From the NCBI RefSeq assembly GCF_009914755.1, contig NC_060938.1: a stretch of 64,000 nucleotides of DNA, one strand, 5' to 3'. Shown here in pieces: positions 63,495 through 64,000 of this stretch. Below the pieces are notes generated by a model. That model ran no database searches and had not been told where the DNA came from. It worked only from the letters and a program-made list of their open reading frames with translations. Position 1 is the stretch's first letter. Each line of letters opens with the position of its first letter. The translations under genes were made by a program, and so were the position numbers. This DNA comes from the human T2T-CHM13v2.0 reference genome, Homo sapiens.

Positions 63495-63711
63495 ATCCTG
63501 GACAACATGGTGAAACTTTATCTCTACCAAACACACAAAAAATTAGCCAGGCGTAGTGGTGTGAGCCTGTGGTCCCAGCTACTCGGGAGGCTGAGGAGGG
63601 AGGCTCACTTGAGCCCAGGAGGTGGAGGGTAGTAAGCCAAGATTGTGCTACTGCACTCCAGCCGGGGTGACAGAGTGAGACCCCATCTCAAAAATAAAAA
63701 ATAAAAATAAA
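63495..63711 (+). mobile_element. AluJ, 5'-truncated
   Basis: cctggacaacatggtgaaac...gaggctcacttgagcccaggagg...(A5T)n tail. Confidence 0.87.
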
Positions 63712-63907
63712 GACTATCATTTTCCCCTTATGAATGGATTTAATTATATCCTACAGTTTTTAATATGTAGAATTGATGATGAATTTGCCTTATTTTATCT
63801 TCAAGCTATGGGCTATTTAAAAGTATACTTTTAGAAAGTTTCTAAAATTGTTACCAGAAATTATGATCTCTCCACTTTCTTTGAAATTTTTTACTTGTTT
63901 TAACACT

Positions 63908-63966
63908 CGTCTATATGGTTAATTTTTGAACTTGTCCGTCTATATGGTTAATTTTTGAACTTGTCC
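63908..63966. repeat. Perfect two-copy tandem duplication, period 29 bp
   Basis: cgtctatatggttaatttttgaacttgtc repeated twice. Confidence 0.95.
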
Positions 63967-64000
63967 ACAGTTTCTTGAAGGGAAGTCTATTTCTGCAGTT

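Overview
Primate (human-like) genomic DNA spanning a heterochromatin boundary. Bases 1 to ~23,794 are a diverged human satellite III array, (CATTC)n on + and (GGAAT)n on -, rich in ATTCGAGTCC variants; its higher-order period changes along the array. It ends abruptly against ~40 kb of ordinary Alu-rich sequence (Alu J/S/Y, L1, L2, MIR, LTRs, a 55-nt U2 snRNA retrocopy). That part contains a CpG island at ~34.9-36.0 kb with an RFX X-box and splice donors on both strands. I can support no intact protein-coding gene; the supplied ORFs are translations of satellite, Alu or GC-rich sequence. The best leads are: (1) a left-facing promoter with a phase-compatible exon chain running toward the GGAAT strand of the satellite; (2) a decayed right-facing gene with coiled-coil and SPRY-like exons reminiscent of BSPRY/TRIM; (3) a ~1.3-kb inverted duplication with perfect-identity patches, embedded in a multi-piece templated insertion at 43.2-46.2 kb. 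The chromosome and species cannot be determined from sequence alone. Coordinates were read by eye and repeat subfamily calls are approximate.
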